DNA from: Azolla caroliniana
Taxonomy: Eukaryota; Plantae; Polypodiophyta
Reading direction: 5' to 3'
DNA length: 64,000 bases
Assembly (NCBI GenBank): GCA_043228905.1
Contig: JBHGNT010000002.1
Location: 18,848,001 to 18,912,000 of the forward strand
Shown here: piece by piece, positions 38,401 to 51,860 of the stretch
Position numbering within the stretch: position 1 is the stretch's first letter
Layout: each line of letters begins with the position of its first letter
The notes under the pieces: model-generated
Told to the model about the DNA's origin: nothing
Databases searched by the model: none
The model's input: the letters and a program-made list of their open reading frames with translations, nothing else
Made by a program: the position numbers and the translations under genes

Positions 38401-40800
38401 GGCTTGTTGTGGAGAATAGTGGTCGTGGCATATTCTGCCGCAGTTGCGATGACATCTATTTCAAACAGCGGAATAATCTGAGGTTGCTCGTCAAGGTATG
38501 CCTCTAATTCTGCATCCTCCACCCCAGCCAACATATTTATATCTTCTACGTATAATGGTGTTATACCCTTCGGTTGTGGCGTGCTTCCTTCCGTAGGTAC
38601 GCGAACCTTGGTGCGTCCGTGTCGGAAATTAATACACTTGTGTTGCCAGCTCTACTTGATATTTGCTACCCGAAGCCATGGTCTGCCCAGAAGCACTAGG
38701 TACGCCCCTGGGGCGTCCAAGGCAAGGACGACCACCGAGATGTCGAATCGGTGTCTGCCCACGATAATGCCTATTTTGCGAATTAACCCTAATGGTCGTA
38801 CTGAGCGGGTATCTGCCATTCGGAGCCAGAATGGGCAAGCCTCCCATTCTGAAATGCCTAACTACTCGCAAATTTTTGCGCTAATTACATTGACGCCTGA
38901 GCCGTCGTCGATTATGCATCTAGGAATTTCTTGTCTGTGTAATATTAATGTAATAGCCAGGTTGTGTTGATCCACTACCGGCGGTCCACTACAAAAGTTT
39001 GTAAGGTTTGTAGCGATACTCACCCCAGGTATGCCTGTCACCCATTCTTCCATGGTCTGTCGGAAGCGTGGGACTAGCTGCAGCAGTTTCTCCATGGTTA
39101 ACGTTATCTCACAGCCCGCTAACACCTGCCAAATGGGGTCTGGGACCGGTCTTTCGTCCTCTGCTCTCTCCATTGTGTTCGCGGACTCCTTCCACATACG
39201 TTCCGTATTTGTCGCGTTTGCTTTTTCCACCCATGCTTGGGCTTGTCGGCGTACCTCGTCTTGCGCAACCCAATCAACCGTTTTTGTTTGCTGGCGTGTC
39301 GTGACTTGCTGCACTTCCGCCATAATCATATTGACAGCGGGCCCCTTTCCCTTGCGTGCTGGGCATTGCGTGGCATGATGTCCGGGTTGCTGACAAATAA
39401 AACAATGGATGCTTGATTCACCCTTCTCGGCTCCTGGTGGTGTGTGCCGCTCCCCTGGTGCTACTTGCTCCTCGCGGTCCGGCCTCGTTTGTCGGAACGT
39501 ACGCGGTGGCTGTTGTTGGTCCCGTCGTTGTTCCTGGTGCCGCTCATCCCCGAGATTTCATCGTAATGCCGGTGATCTCGATATTGCCGTGGCTTACCAC
39601 GATAACCATTGAAGCCGCCCCGTTTGTTTGTCGGTCGTTGATTCTCGTAGCGCCGACCCCCTTTGGCGTAACTCAGATGTCCACGATAATCCTCGTCCTC
39701 TGGTTCGTCCTCCTAGGAAAAATTGTGATTTTGGCGATTCCGGTGGTACCGGTCCTCCCGTGGGTTGCGATCCTTATACCGGGGTCGGTCTTCTTGCCTC
39801 CCTTGTTCAGTCCGGTGTGGTTGATGTTGTGTGTCCATGCTGCGGACTGCGGGAGGGGCTCTGTTTAACATATTGTATTCGCATTGGTCGACTGTGTGAG
39901 CCTTCGAGTGGCAGATTGGGTAGTGGATTTGCATATTGCAGTCCACTACGGAATGCCCCGAGTTCAAGCAAATCGTGCACTGGATTGCTTGACGAAAGTA
40001 GCGTTCCTCATCCTGAGGTAACGCTTGTCGTAAGGAGGACATAGAAAACTTTTCCTTCTCATCATCCAACTCGAGCTATAATGCTCGTTCAATTACCATA
40101 TCCGTTGTTTCCCCTTTCACGATATTGTTGTTGAGCGTTGCCCGGATGGGCCGGTGTAAAGCTGCCAGAAATGTTTCCCGAGCCTCATCCTCCGCGGGGC
40201 TCTGTTCCAGTTTCCGTCATAAATTTTGGAAACGTAAGCTGAAGTCCGCTATCGTCTCGGTTGGCAGTTGCTTAATCATATAAAACTGTCTGAGGATTTC
40301 GCGTTGAGGAACCCTCCGATGGAAGAATCTCAAGAAAGCGGATTATAGCTGATCGAAGGTTGTTATTGCTGGTAAATCCATCTATGAATGCCAAAACGTT
40401 GCTCGCCCATCTAATATTAACCCGAACTCCGTCATTTTCAATTGGTGTGCTACCGCCTCCGAAAGTCTATGCACCATGTGGTTCGCATTCCAAACATTTA
40501 GGAACATGCGAATATGCGTTGCGGCGTCGGTTTCGTCGTTAAAGCAGGGGTAGGCAAAGGCCATGGTGGGGGTTACGGAGGGTCAGGAAAGACCACCGGG
40601 TGGCTGTGGTGAGCGTAGTCCCCGCGTCTCATCGAGGTATTTGGAGAACGAAGAATCACCTTTGTACTCACGGCAGGTAGTACTGAGGTTGCTGAGGTGC
40701 GGCTTTTGCCGTGCGCGTTCTTCTGTCTGGCGTGTGATGGACCTTGTTATTGGCCGGTCTTGTCGTGTTGGTTCTCTGGTGCGTCAGTGGCTAAACATCC
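35465..40800 (-). pseudogene. Element B gag-pol (broken by stops and frameshifts; ends approximate)
   Basis: CTICLNSGH knuckle, IIDDGSGVN protease, CVDYRKLN/FLDDF RT, VDASDIAIG RNase [18 protein letters not shown] integrase. Confidence 0.9.
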
Positions 40801-40834
40801 ATTCGTCGTTGTTCGTCTGTGAGAAGACACAGAT

Positions 40835-40848
40835 CACCAAGCGTGCCA
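40835..40848 (-). promoter_or_regulatory. PBS of element B (tRNA-Arg-like)
   Basis: Minus strand TGGCACGCTTGGTG, 4 nt after the 5' LTR. Confidence 0.7.
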
Positions 40849-41300
40849 AAAGTGTTGCCAATTAGGAACACGGTCCGCGGTCAGTCCTTCGACCTAGACC
40901 TCCAAGTGGGTGTGGAACAACGAATAGGCGTCTAAGCGTAATGCGTAGGGGAATCTTCCCTGTAACCTATCAGCGTATAAGGGAGATGGCTACAACCGAA
41001 TCCTTAGCAAAGGTTACACTTTTGTTCTTACACGCTTAGGTCTTCAAGACACACACAGTGGATTAGTTGTAGCTATACACAGAGAATCAGAGAAGATAGA
41101 ATTCTATTATGAGACGTTTCTTACATTCCTTCCCAAAATTACACGCTCCCTCTATCAGAGGTTTTCTGCCCTTTATATACGTAGGGTCTATTTAGCCGTT
41201 CACGCTTCCTGCGTGAACCGTTACATGAGTTATGATCTTATATTATTTCTTATTCCTACGCTCTTGTCCGTCGGTTACTATTCCGGCGGACAACAGCTGG

Positions 41301-42945
41301 TCCTGTGAGCATTCCACCTTACCGACTTAGTCGATTAGAAGAGGATGAGATCGCTAAACAACTTAAGGAATACTTGAGTATGGGCCACATTAGGTATAGT
41401 AAATCACCTTGGGGTGCGCTAGTTCTATTAGTTAAGAAGAAGGAAGGTTCATGGAGAATGTGTATCAATTATCGCCGTTTGAATAAAATGACAATTAAAA
41501 ATGCATATCAGTTACCTCGTGCCGATGATTTGATTGATCGTTTGCATGGGGCCCGATATTTTACGAAAATTGACTTACAGACAGGTTATCATCAGATTCA
41601 CATTGCTGAGGATGATATTCCTAAAACCGCTTTTTGTACGCGCTATGGCCATTATGAGTTTTTAGTGATGCCTTTCGGGTTGACTAATGCTCCAGCCACA
41701 TTCCAACAAGTGATGAATGATGTTTTCCGAGATCAACTCGGTAATTTTGTTGTCTTCTTCTTGGATGATATTTTTATATGTAACTGTACCTTGCAAGATC
41801 ATGTTCAACATGTTCGATTTGTTTTGCAAAAGTTGCGTGACAACTCTTTCTATGCAAAACATTCAAAATGTGACTTTTTCCAAAAATCTATTGTGTACAT
41901 AGGTCATTTAATTACGGAAAATGGTGTTGAAATTGAACCTTCTCGTATTGAAAAGGTTAAACTTTGGCCCATTCCTCGTAATATTCGTGAACTGCGATCA
42001 TTCTTAGGGTTTCTTGGATTTTTACGAAAATCAATTTGTAACTATTCCAAATTAACTACGCCATTAACTGACCTTTTAAAAGGTCATCCACGTAAGTCTG
42101 TCAAACCAATTGCATGGAATGAACAACTTGACAAATCATTTGAGACACTCAAAGAGCATGTGTGTCTGCCTCCCACTCTTCTATTACCGGACCCTTCTGA
42201 GCCTTTCTCAATCGAAACTGATGCTAGTGATTATGCTATTGGTGCCGTTCTTTTTCAAGGCGGTCACCCTATTGCTTTTGAAAGTAAGAAGCTTGATGCT
42301 GCTCAATCTCGGTATTCAGTTCAAGACAAAGAGTTGTTTGCGGTAATACATGCACTTAAAACATGGAGGCACTATCTCTATGGAAATAAATTTGTGGTTA
42401 CAACAGACCATCAATCATTGAAGTATTTTTGTGACTAGCTAGATCTTGTTGGTCGTAAAGACCGTTGGGCTAACCTTATGCAAGTTTTTGATTTTTCCAT
42501 ATGGTATCTCGCAAGGGTTCTATGAACACTGTTGCGGATGCTCTTAGTCGCATTAAAGAAGTTAACATGCTTAGCTTCACAGGAATAAAATTTGATCTTT
42601 TAGATCACCTTCGAGGGAAATACCTTGATGACAGTTATTTTTCGAAAAACTGGACGAAAGCCGAATCTGGTTTAGATGCCGATACTAGCACCCTACCCTT
42701 GAAGGCGACCTTTCACATTACAAACGGTTTGGTCTACCGTAGTGGAAAGGTCTATGTTCCAGATTTACCAAACGTAAAACAAAAAATTCTTCATGAATGT
42801 CATGATGCACCATTTGCTAGTCATCTTGGAATACACCAGACACTCGTTCTCATCTTGAGTACTTTTTTCTGGCCTAAGATGCGCTCTGACGTGCATAAAT
42901 ACGTAACTCAATGCTTCCAATGTCAGATTAATAAGTCGGAAATAA
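41301..42945 (+). pseudogene. Element A RT-RNase H-integrase N-terminus
   Basis: KTAFCTRYGHYEFLVMPFGLTNAPATFQ, FLDD, ETDASDYAIGAVL, ECHDAPFASH..CFQC. Confidence 0.92.
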
Positions 42946-43282
42946 AGGCCTTCAAGGGGCTATTATACTAGGCAACCTCGTTGGAAGTACCTCTCGTCGA
43001 TGAGATACTCACATTGCTCCTGCTCGGTTCCCTCCCGGACAACTAGGAGACGTTAGTTGTCATGTTGGGCAACGCCAGGCCAGAAGGAAAATAGTTGTCC
43101 CTAGCGAGGGTAAAATCAAACTTGCTAGAGGAAGAAGCTCGTCGGAAGGACTGGGAGTACGGAACCGATCCAAAGGCCTTGGTCATGGAAGATGACCACA
43201 ACCGGGGAAGAGGCCGGTATCGAAGTCCCCAAAACCGGGACAAGTCAGAGACGAGGTGAAAGTCAAGGGGGAGGCCTACTTG
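42946..43282 (+). pseudogene. Tork-like copia gag fragment
   Basis: LLLLGSLPDN*ETLVV..VKSNLLEEEARR..KSRGRPTC, similar to the element F gag. Confidence 0.8.
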
Positions 43283-43639
43283 TGTTGAGCGGCAAGCTCA
43301 ATTGGAGCCGGATCGGCTGAATAAGCCTGTCAAGCCGGTGAGCGAGACGGATTGGTGAGCCGGTGAGCACCCGGTGAGTTGGGGAGCTGGTTAGCCGGAT
43401 CCAGTAGTAACCGGAAACCTAGTAATAACTTAGATTAGTAGGTAGTTATTGTCTCGTAGTTAGTGTCAGATGCTCGTGTGAGCATTGAAGTACAATGTAC
43501 TTCTGTCAGTCCCATGAGGACTTGTATAAATAGTGTTGTTGAGCACGTTGTATATATAGTCTTGATATAATTTTTTGAATTAAGATTCTTGTTCTGCTCT
43601 TTCTCTGTCTCTCCCGAGTACTCTCTGTATTCTGTGTAT

Positions 43640-43685
<46 letters not shown>

Positions 43686-45321
43686 TGCGCAGCCAAGCTG
43701 TTGTCTTACGCTTTTGCACATACGTTTCCACATGGTATCAGAGCGCGAGGGTTGAAGACCTCTGCAGCCGACATTTGCTTTCGCAAGAAAAACCCTACAT
43801 GTTGTGAGACCATAACAATAGACAAAGAAAAAATATGGACATAGGTATGGCGAGTTCACTTCCTACAGAGAAGCTCGACCAGAGCAACTATGCATCCTGG
43901 TTATACAAAATGCACCAGTACCTACTGGCCAGGGGCATGGGTATTGGAATTTCGTCGAAGGGACGAATGAGGTAGTACCAGAGCTTGGACACAAGGACTT
44001 CCCGGTATGGGAGCAAGGAGCGAGCTGAGTATTATACTGCCTCACGTCTTGTGTGCACGACCAGATGCTCGGCTACATCAGGGATACAAAGATGCCGAAG
44101 GAGGCCTGGGAGAATCTGTGTAAGATTTTCGCCGCAAGTACCACAACCCGTAAGTTGCAGCTCCGGCAAGAGCTGAACAACATCCGACAAAGAGATATGT
44201 CAGTTACGGACTACACCACCAAAATAAAGGAGATTTGCGACGCGCTCGGGTCCATCAACATGACGGTGGACGAAGAAGAAATGGTACAAATCTTCCTTGG
44301 TGGTCTAGCGCAAAGGTACGGGCCAATCTAGACGGCAATATGCACCTAGGAGAAACCACCGTCCTTCTTCGACTTGCAATTGATGCTGATGGTCGAAGAA
44401 AACCATGCGAGTGGGTCCAGAACCACTCAATCAAACAGCCGGATGTTGTACACGGAGGCGGATAGGCCCCGTGGGCGTGGGGGACGAGGTGGGTCGACAC
44501 GCACTGGAGGCGGCCGACAAAAGCAGGAAAGAAGGCACAGAGAACGTGCCGACAGTAGTTCCAGAATTTCCACAAGTAGGGGGAGTCAAGGCGGCGCCAA
44601 AGGCCGGCAAGACAAATTCGCCACGGAATGCTAGTACTGTGGAAAAAAGGGCCACAGAGAAAGCGAGTGTTGGAGAAGCGCGCTGATTCGGACAGATTTG
44701 GATTTGGCAAAACCGGTCGGGAGAACTGGCAAAGCTCGCACTACGCACAAGGATCGAAAGGATCCGGAACCAGGGAGACCGATAAGGGGCCAGCCTTGGT
44801 GATGAAGCACGAGGCAAATTCAATGAAGAAGACCACTTCCAAATCGGAGGAAGTGTGGTACATTGATTCCGGCACATCGAATCACATGACGAGCCACAAA
44901 GAGTGGTTCTCCTTCTTGGAGAAACCGGAACAACCGGGAGTTGTTGAAACCGGAGACGACACTCCCCACCCAATTTTACATGTCAGAGAAGTCCCTTTGA
45001 GCCATGTTGGACAAAGGGGGAAGTTGATGAACGTATTACACGTTCCGACTATCACGAAGAACCTGGTGTCGTTTGGACAGATTGTCGACCAGGGGATGCA
45101 AGTGCGGTTTACGCACCTCGGGTGCTTCATCGAGGAAGAGGGCCAAATCATTGCGCAAGGACGCAGAGATGGGAGGATGTTCATCCTCAACACCTATGAA
45201 GTCGTCATTGCATTGTTCGCCAAAGGACAAAAGATTGAATCGGATATTGATCTTTGGGTCGAAGCATGCTACGGTGTACCAACTTTTGGGCAAAAATTTA
45301 GTACTAAATCGAGGAAGAAAA

Positions 45322-48300
45322 TGTAGAGAATCGACGCTCCGATTCACCTTCACCACTCGGCCACAACCAAGTAATCGCGAATCAATGCAGCAGAAAATAG
45401 GAAACACAGAGAGAGACACGATAACACAGGGATTAACGTGGAAAACCCTATACGGGAAAAACCACGGGAGTGCAAGACTCCAAACCAAAACTATGCACAG
45501 AGAAATGTACAATGGCGAGCTGCAAGGCGACGACCTTGAGCTCGCTATCCTCGCCACAGGCGGCGGTATTACACAGAGGCGTCGACCTCTTCCTCTCTCA
45601 CGCTCTATCTCTCTCACGGCTGCTCTCTCTTCACTCCTCTTGAGTGGAAAAACAGAAAAATGAGTAGCAACATTAAAACTGTTTGCCCTAAGTCATATTT
45701 ATACACATATGACTTTGGGGCTATTTACAACTATAGCCTCAAGGGCCCTTGGCAAACATATTCACAGATATGTCCCCGCATCCGGATCTCTCTCCGGGTA
45801 CATTCGTCATCCGGTTCCGAAACCGGGGTCTTCATCATCCGCTTCCGAAACCGAAACCGGGCTTGTCGGCATTCATCTTCGGACATCCGACCATCCCATC
45901 CGAAAGGGACCATAATCCCAACAAACTCCCCCTTCACTTCGGTATGGGATGTCTCTCCAATCCGATCCTCTTCCGGCATGCTTCCAACTTGTCGGGTGTG
46001 AGCACCTTGGTCAGCATATCCGACCCGTTCTCGTCCGTGTGGATCTTCGTCAGCACGAACTCCTTGTCTTCTATCCTTTCCCGGATCCAGTGATATCTTC
46101 ACTGGATGTGCTTCGTCCGGGAGTGATAGGCCGCGTTCTTCGCAAGGTGGATTGCACTCTGACTGTCGCGGTAGAGTCGGTACTCCTCCTGCCGGATACC
46201 GAGCTCTCTAATGAAGTCCTTCATCCATATTATTTCCTTGCCGGCTTCAACAGCCGCCATGTACTCCGCCTCCGTGGTTGACAACGCAACCGTCTTCTGC
46301 AGCCTCGACTGCCATGAAACAGCTCCCCCTGCATACGTCATCACATACCCTGATGTGGACCGGCTGGTATCTGCATCAGCCGACATATCCGAATCGGTGA
46401 AGCCGTCGAGTTCGGGCTTACCGGAGCCGAATCGGAGGCACACGTTTGTTGTGCCCTTCAGGTATCGGAGTATCCACTTGGCCGCGTTCCAATGCTCTTT
46501 GCCAGGATTGCTCATGTACCGGCTCACCACTCCGACTGCATATCCTATGTACGGTCGGGTACACACCATTGCGTACATCAAGCTCCCGACGGCAGAGGCA
46601 TATGGCACTTTCATCATGTCCTCCTTCTCAGCCTTTGTCTTGGGGCTTTGCTTGCTGGACAGCTTGCAGTTTGCCGGGAGTGTTGACCCGACCGGTCTTG
46701 CTTCCGACATGTTGAACCGATGAAGCACCTTTGTCACGTACTTCTCCTGTGACAGCCACAACTGCTTCTTCTTCCGGTCCCGGATGATGTGCATCCCTAG
46801 TATTTGCCTCGCCGGACCCAGGTCTTTCATTGAGAAGGTTCGGTGAAGAGCCTTCTTCAGCATCCGTATCTTGACCTGGTCTCGTCCGACGATCAACATG
46901 TCGTCCACGTACAGGAGGAGTATTAGAAAGTCTCCTCCTTCGAACTTCTTCACAAACACGCAGTGATCGGACTGCGTTTTGTGGTACCCTTCGTCTGTCA
47001 TGAAGGAGTCGAACTTCCGATACCATTGCCGGGGAGCCTGCTTCAGACCGTAAAGGCTCTTCTTCAACCGGCATACCAAGTGCTCCTTCCCTTTCTTCTC
47101 GAATCCTTCCGGTTGCTGCATGTAGATCTCTTCTTCGAGGTCACCGTGAAGGAATGCCGTCTTCACGTCCATCTGTTCTACCTCGAGGTCCATGCTTGCC
47201 GCTATGCTCAGCACCGTCCGGATGGAGGTCATCTTCACTACCGGGGCAAATATCTCGTCGAAGTCGACGCCCTTCTTCTGCTGAAACCCCTTCACCACGA
47301 TCCTGGCTTTGTATCTCGGGGGGTTTCCGGCATCTCCCGGTTTCAGCTTGAACACCCACTTGTTACGGAGTGCCCGTTTTCCTTTCGGCAACTCCACAAG
47401 TTCATATGTGTGGTTCTCATGCAGGGAATCCATCTCCTCCTGCATGGCAATTAACCACCTGCGGCTATGGGTGTCATGCTTCGCTTCTTCAAAGCTCTCC
47501 GGCTCCCCCTCGTCGGTTAGCAGCACGTGCTCTGGTTCCGGAAATCTCCGGGGAGCCCTTCTCTCTCTTAGAGGATATCTCCGTTCCGGAGCTTCGGTAA
47601 TCGGTTCTTCCGATTCTTCTTCATCCGAATCCATTTCGGGATCGGGGCCGGTTCCGGTATCATTTTCATCTTCTTCGGCCGGTTCTGTTTCTTCACCGTC
47701 TTCGGCTAGATCTTCGAGTGTTAACCGGTCCCTTGCCGGTCGGGACTGCTCCTCGTAGAGTTTATCCTCACCGGTCGACTTGGAGCTCTTCATCTTCTTC
47801 TCCGACTCCCAGTCGGCGAGTGTCTTGTTCTCCATGAAGATGATATCACGACTCTGGAATATCTTCTTGTCGACCGGGTCCCATACTCGGTAGCCGAACT
47901 CGTCATCGCCGTAACCGAGGAATATGCATGGCCGGGTCTTTGGATCTAGCTTTCCTCTCCGGTCCTTTGCCACATGCACGTATGCGAGACACCCGAACAC
48001 CTTCAGATGCCGGTAGGATACTTCCCTACCGGTCCACACTCTCTGCGGCGTGTCCCCGTCCAAAGGTACTGAGGGTGATCTGTTTATCGCATATGTCGCC
48101 GTTGACATCGCCTCGGCCCAAAACCCCTTGGGTAACTTCGCATGCGCCAGCATACTCCGGACCCTCTCCATTATGGTCCGGTTCATCCTCTCGGCCAGCC
48201 CGTTCAGTTCCGGCGTCTTCGGCACAGTAAACTCGAGCCGGATTCCCTTCGAGCGACAGTACTCCGCGAACTGCCCCCGGTATTCCCCTCCGTTATCCGC

Positions 48301-50638
48301 TCGTATCGCTTTCAGCTTCTTCCCGGATTCCCTTTCCACTCTCACGTGGAGTTCTTTGAAGATGCACAACACTTGGTCCGTTGTCTTCAACGGTGCCGTC
48401 CACAGCTTCCGGCTGTGATCATCAATGAATGTTACGAAGTACTGGGCTCCGCCATGTGACTTCGTTTCTACCTGACACACATCAGTGTGCACCAACTCCA
48501 ATGGTGCGCTACGTCTCGTCGGTGGCCTTGAGTGGAAGGAGGTTTGGTTCTGCTTACCGGCCAGGCAATCGGTGCACTTCTCCAGGTGCACATGCTTCAC
48601 TGGAATAAGGTTGTCTTCTGCAAGCCTCTTCATCCCCTTCTCACTCATGTGGCACAGTCTCTTGTGCCACAGCTCACCGGCAGTGTCGGCTGCCACGTTC
48701 AACTCTTCCGGACACAACCAGGCATTCATAAGGTACAGTGTGTTGACTTTCCGGGCCCGAGCCACTATCAGGCTCCCCTTGCTGAACTTCATTACGCCGT
48801 TCCGGATGCTACCTGTGTAGCCTTCATCGTCTAGCCTCCCGGCCGAAATCAGGTTCAATCGAACCTCCGGAACGTGTCGGACATCCTTCAGCAGCATTTT
48901 GCATCCGGTCGAGGTAGTCAACCACACGTCTCCTATGCCGGCAATCCGGCACGTACCTTCATTTCCCATCCGAACACAGCCATGCTCACCGACTGTGTAG
49001 GATGAGAAGTATCTTCTCTCCGGGGTCAGGTGGAACGATGCTCCGGAATCGACCACCTAGGTCGTCTCATCGCCGGCAACGTTTAGTTCACCTTCTTCGG
49101 TGATGAGCATGATTTCCTCTTCACTTGCCGCGAGCGCCGTCGTTCCTTTCCGGTCCTGCCCTCGCCGATCCGAACCATTTCGGTCCGTGGCTCCCCGGTA
49201 AACACCGTTCCGATCCGAAGACTTCTTCGAGTCGGTGTCGTCGGCTCCGATGTCTTTTCGGTAATGCACAATTCTTTCGGAAGTGCCCCGGCTTCCCACA
49301 GTGGAAGCATGTGGGCCTTCCTCATGACTGCGACCGGGTCCCCGACTTCTCCCGTCTTTGCGGACTCCGGTTCCGTTGTCTTCCCCGATCCGATTCGGTA
49401 AACAACATCTTCGGATCGGAGGCCGGTTCTTTATCTCTCCGACGCGCTTCTTCGTTCAAGATACTTGTCTTTACCGTTTGTAGGGACAAGTTATCTTCGG
49501 TGCAGGAGGTGCTGAGAGTCACCACCAAGTTCTCCCAGCTTTCCGGCAATGTACACATCAGAATGATGGCTTGCATTGCATCCTCCAGCGGGAACTTGAT
49601 CGCCGCAAGCTGGTTCACGAATCCCATGAACGTGCTTACGTGTTCCACCATACTCTCGCCGTCCCGGTACTTGAGGTTCACTATCTTCCTCATCAGGGAG
49701 GTCCGGTTCAACACATTCTTCCTCTCGTAGAGGCCCGACAGCTTCCGCCACATCTCATATGCGTTGGTGTCGTTCGCCACATGTTGTAGAACGCTCACGT
49801 CGACGTATTGCCGAATGGTTGCAACGGCTTTCCGGTTCAGAAGCCTCCATTCCGACTCAAGTACCCCCTTCGGTATTTCCGACCTGTCAATTGGTTCGTA
49901 CAGGTCCCGAACAATCAGAAGATCCTCCATCTTGATCTTCCAGTCGGCGTAATTCTGCGCATTCAGCACCATCATCCCCGGCTGCCCGCTGCCGCCGCCT
50001 TCCATTTTCTGCAGCAACCTCGCTCTGATACCAGTTTGTAGAGAATCGACGCTCCGATTCACCTTCACCACTCGGCCACAACCGAGTAATCGCGAATCAA
50101 TGCAGCAGAAAATAGGAAACACAGAGAGAGACACGATAACACAGGGATTAACGTGGAAAACCCTATACGGGAAAAACCACGGGAGTGCAAGACTCCAAAC
50201 CAAGACTATGCACAGAGAAATGTACAATGGCGAGCTGCAAGGCGACGACCTTGAGCTCGCTATCCTCGCCACAGGCGGCGGTATTACACAGAGGCGTCGA
50301 CCTCTTCCTCTCTCACGCTCTATCTCTCTCACGGCTGCTCTCTCTTCACTCCTCTTGAGTGGAAAAACAGAAAAATGAGTAGCAACATTAAAACTGTTTG
50401 CCCTAAGTCATATTTATACACATATGACTTTGGGGCTATTTACAACTATAGCCTCAAGGGCCCTTGGCAAACATATTCACAGATATGTCCCCGCATCCGG
50501 ATCTCTCTCCGGGTACATTCGTCATCCGGTTCCGAAACCGGGGTCTTCATCATCCGCTTCCGAAACCGAAACCGGGCTTGTCGGCATTCATCTTCGGACA
50601 TCCGACCATCCCATCCGAAAGGGACCATAATCCCAACA
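45322..50638 (-). mobile_element. Element F: full-length Tork-like copia; LTRs 45322-45923 and 50037-50638; PBS-Met 50022-50033; TSD GAAAA
   Basis: 602-bp LTRs with 2 differences seen; PPT 45924-45934; complete domain set. Confidence 0.97.
45934..50005 (-). pseudogene. Element F gag-pol with nonsense codons and a frameshift
   Basis: ATG 50005; stops at 49322, 49057 and 46099; VDSGAS, HTDVC, YVDDML motifs. Confidence 0.93.
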
Positions 50639-51860
50639 GAAAATAAACATTAAAATTTGAAAATAAAACAATTATCATCTATTGAATGGTTTTCAATTTC
50701 AAATAACAAATTCATTACATCACACTCGAATGTACAAAGATATTATACGCCACACTCGAAATGTCCCAAGGCCGTATTTAATACATTAATTGTAACTTCA
50801 TTCTCCTAGGTAGAGTTGTACGAAAGCACACCTGGAGAAGGTTTCGAATGTGATAGTTGGTCAGTCTCTCTCTCTCTCTCTTCTGTCTCGAAGTTATCAG
50901 ACAGACAGTGGCAGAAAGTTAGAAAGATGACACATATCTATTACCTATCTCTCTCTTTCTCTCTCTCACTCCACCTTCGAATCTCCGTTTCTTTCTTTCT
51001 TTCTGTTTCTCTCTCTCACTCCACCGTCGATTCTCTGTTTCCCCGCGTAGTTGTTGTTGTGTTCCCCTCTGTGCCAGGTTCGATCTCTGTCTTTGTATAT
51101 GTAGAGATTTATGTTTCCCCGGATTGATGTTCTTGTTGTTGATTTTCTTTCCTTGTGTATGCTCAGTTGTCTTCTCTGTTAATGCTCATTTGTCTCCTCT
51201 GCAGCAGCCTAATCAACAACCTCTTGCTTATAGGTGATTTTGGAGGCTTGGTGTGCTCCCAAGGTGTCGAAATCAACACGGTGTGGTACCTCTGCCTTGA
51301 CCTTGGCTCCATCTGCCTTCGACCCATCAATCCTTCTGCAGCTTGTACGACCTCCAGGTATTCTTTGTGCTGCATGCCCAACTGGTATGTTTTCGTTTTC
51401 TCTGTGTTTCCTGTCTGTCTATTTTTAATTTGTATGTGTATGGGCATTTTTAGGTTTTGATTATTCATAGTCTATGTGTTGCATGCCCAACTGGTATGTT
51501 TTCATTTTCTTTGTGTTTCCTATCTGTCTGTTTTTAATTTGTATGTGTTTGACATGGATGAGTTTTCTTCCGACTGTTTAGGGTGGTTGTGTGTTTGACA
51601 TGGTTTGTACATGCAACTTAGATGGAGTTGGCTATGATGAGTTGCTATGTTTTCGTTTTGTTGACCTATGTTTTCGTTTTCTCTATGTTTCTTGTTTGTT
51701 TGTTTTTAATTTGTATGTGTTAGACATGGATGGGTTTTCTTCCGACTATTTAGGGTTTTTGTGTGTTTGAACTGGCTTGTACATGCAATGTGATGATTTG
51801 CTATGTGTTGATGGTAATGTGATGAGTTTTATTCTAGTACATGCATATTCATTCAACGAG

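Larger units (their letters stand above)
14729..41295 (-). mobile_element. Element B: non-chromovirus-like Ty3/gypsy with extra 3' ORF; LTRs 14729-15167 and 40853-41295; TSD GCTGG
   Basis: Direct TG..CA repeats (~9 substitutions and a 4-bp indel by eye); GCTGG at 14724-14728 and 41296-41300; gag-PR-RT-RH-INT and LTR TATA (tatataaaggg) all on minus strand. Confidence 0.95.
10972..42945 (+). mobile_element. Element A: Ty3/gypsy (chromovirus-like), 5' LTR 10972-11419, PBS-Met 11421-11432; split by element B; 3' end deleted
   Basis: TG..CA LTR plus TGGTATCAGAGC; gag, CKKWGHTKDTC, protease LFDSGGSHNF; pol frame ELIPGAG|PVSIPPYRLS rejoins across B. Confidence 0.88.

Noticed and set aside
50006-50332. 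N-terminal extension of element F gag
   Set aside because: Lies in the LTR and PBS; the plausible ATG is at 50005
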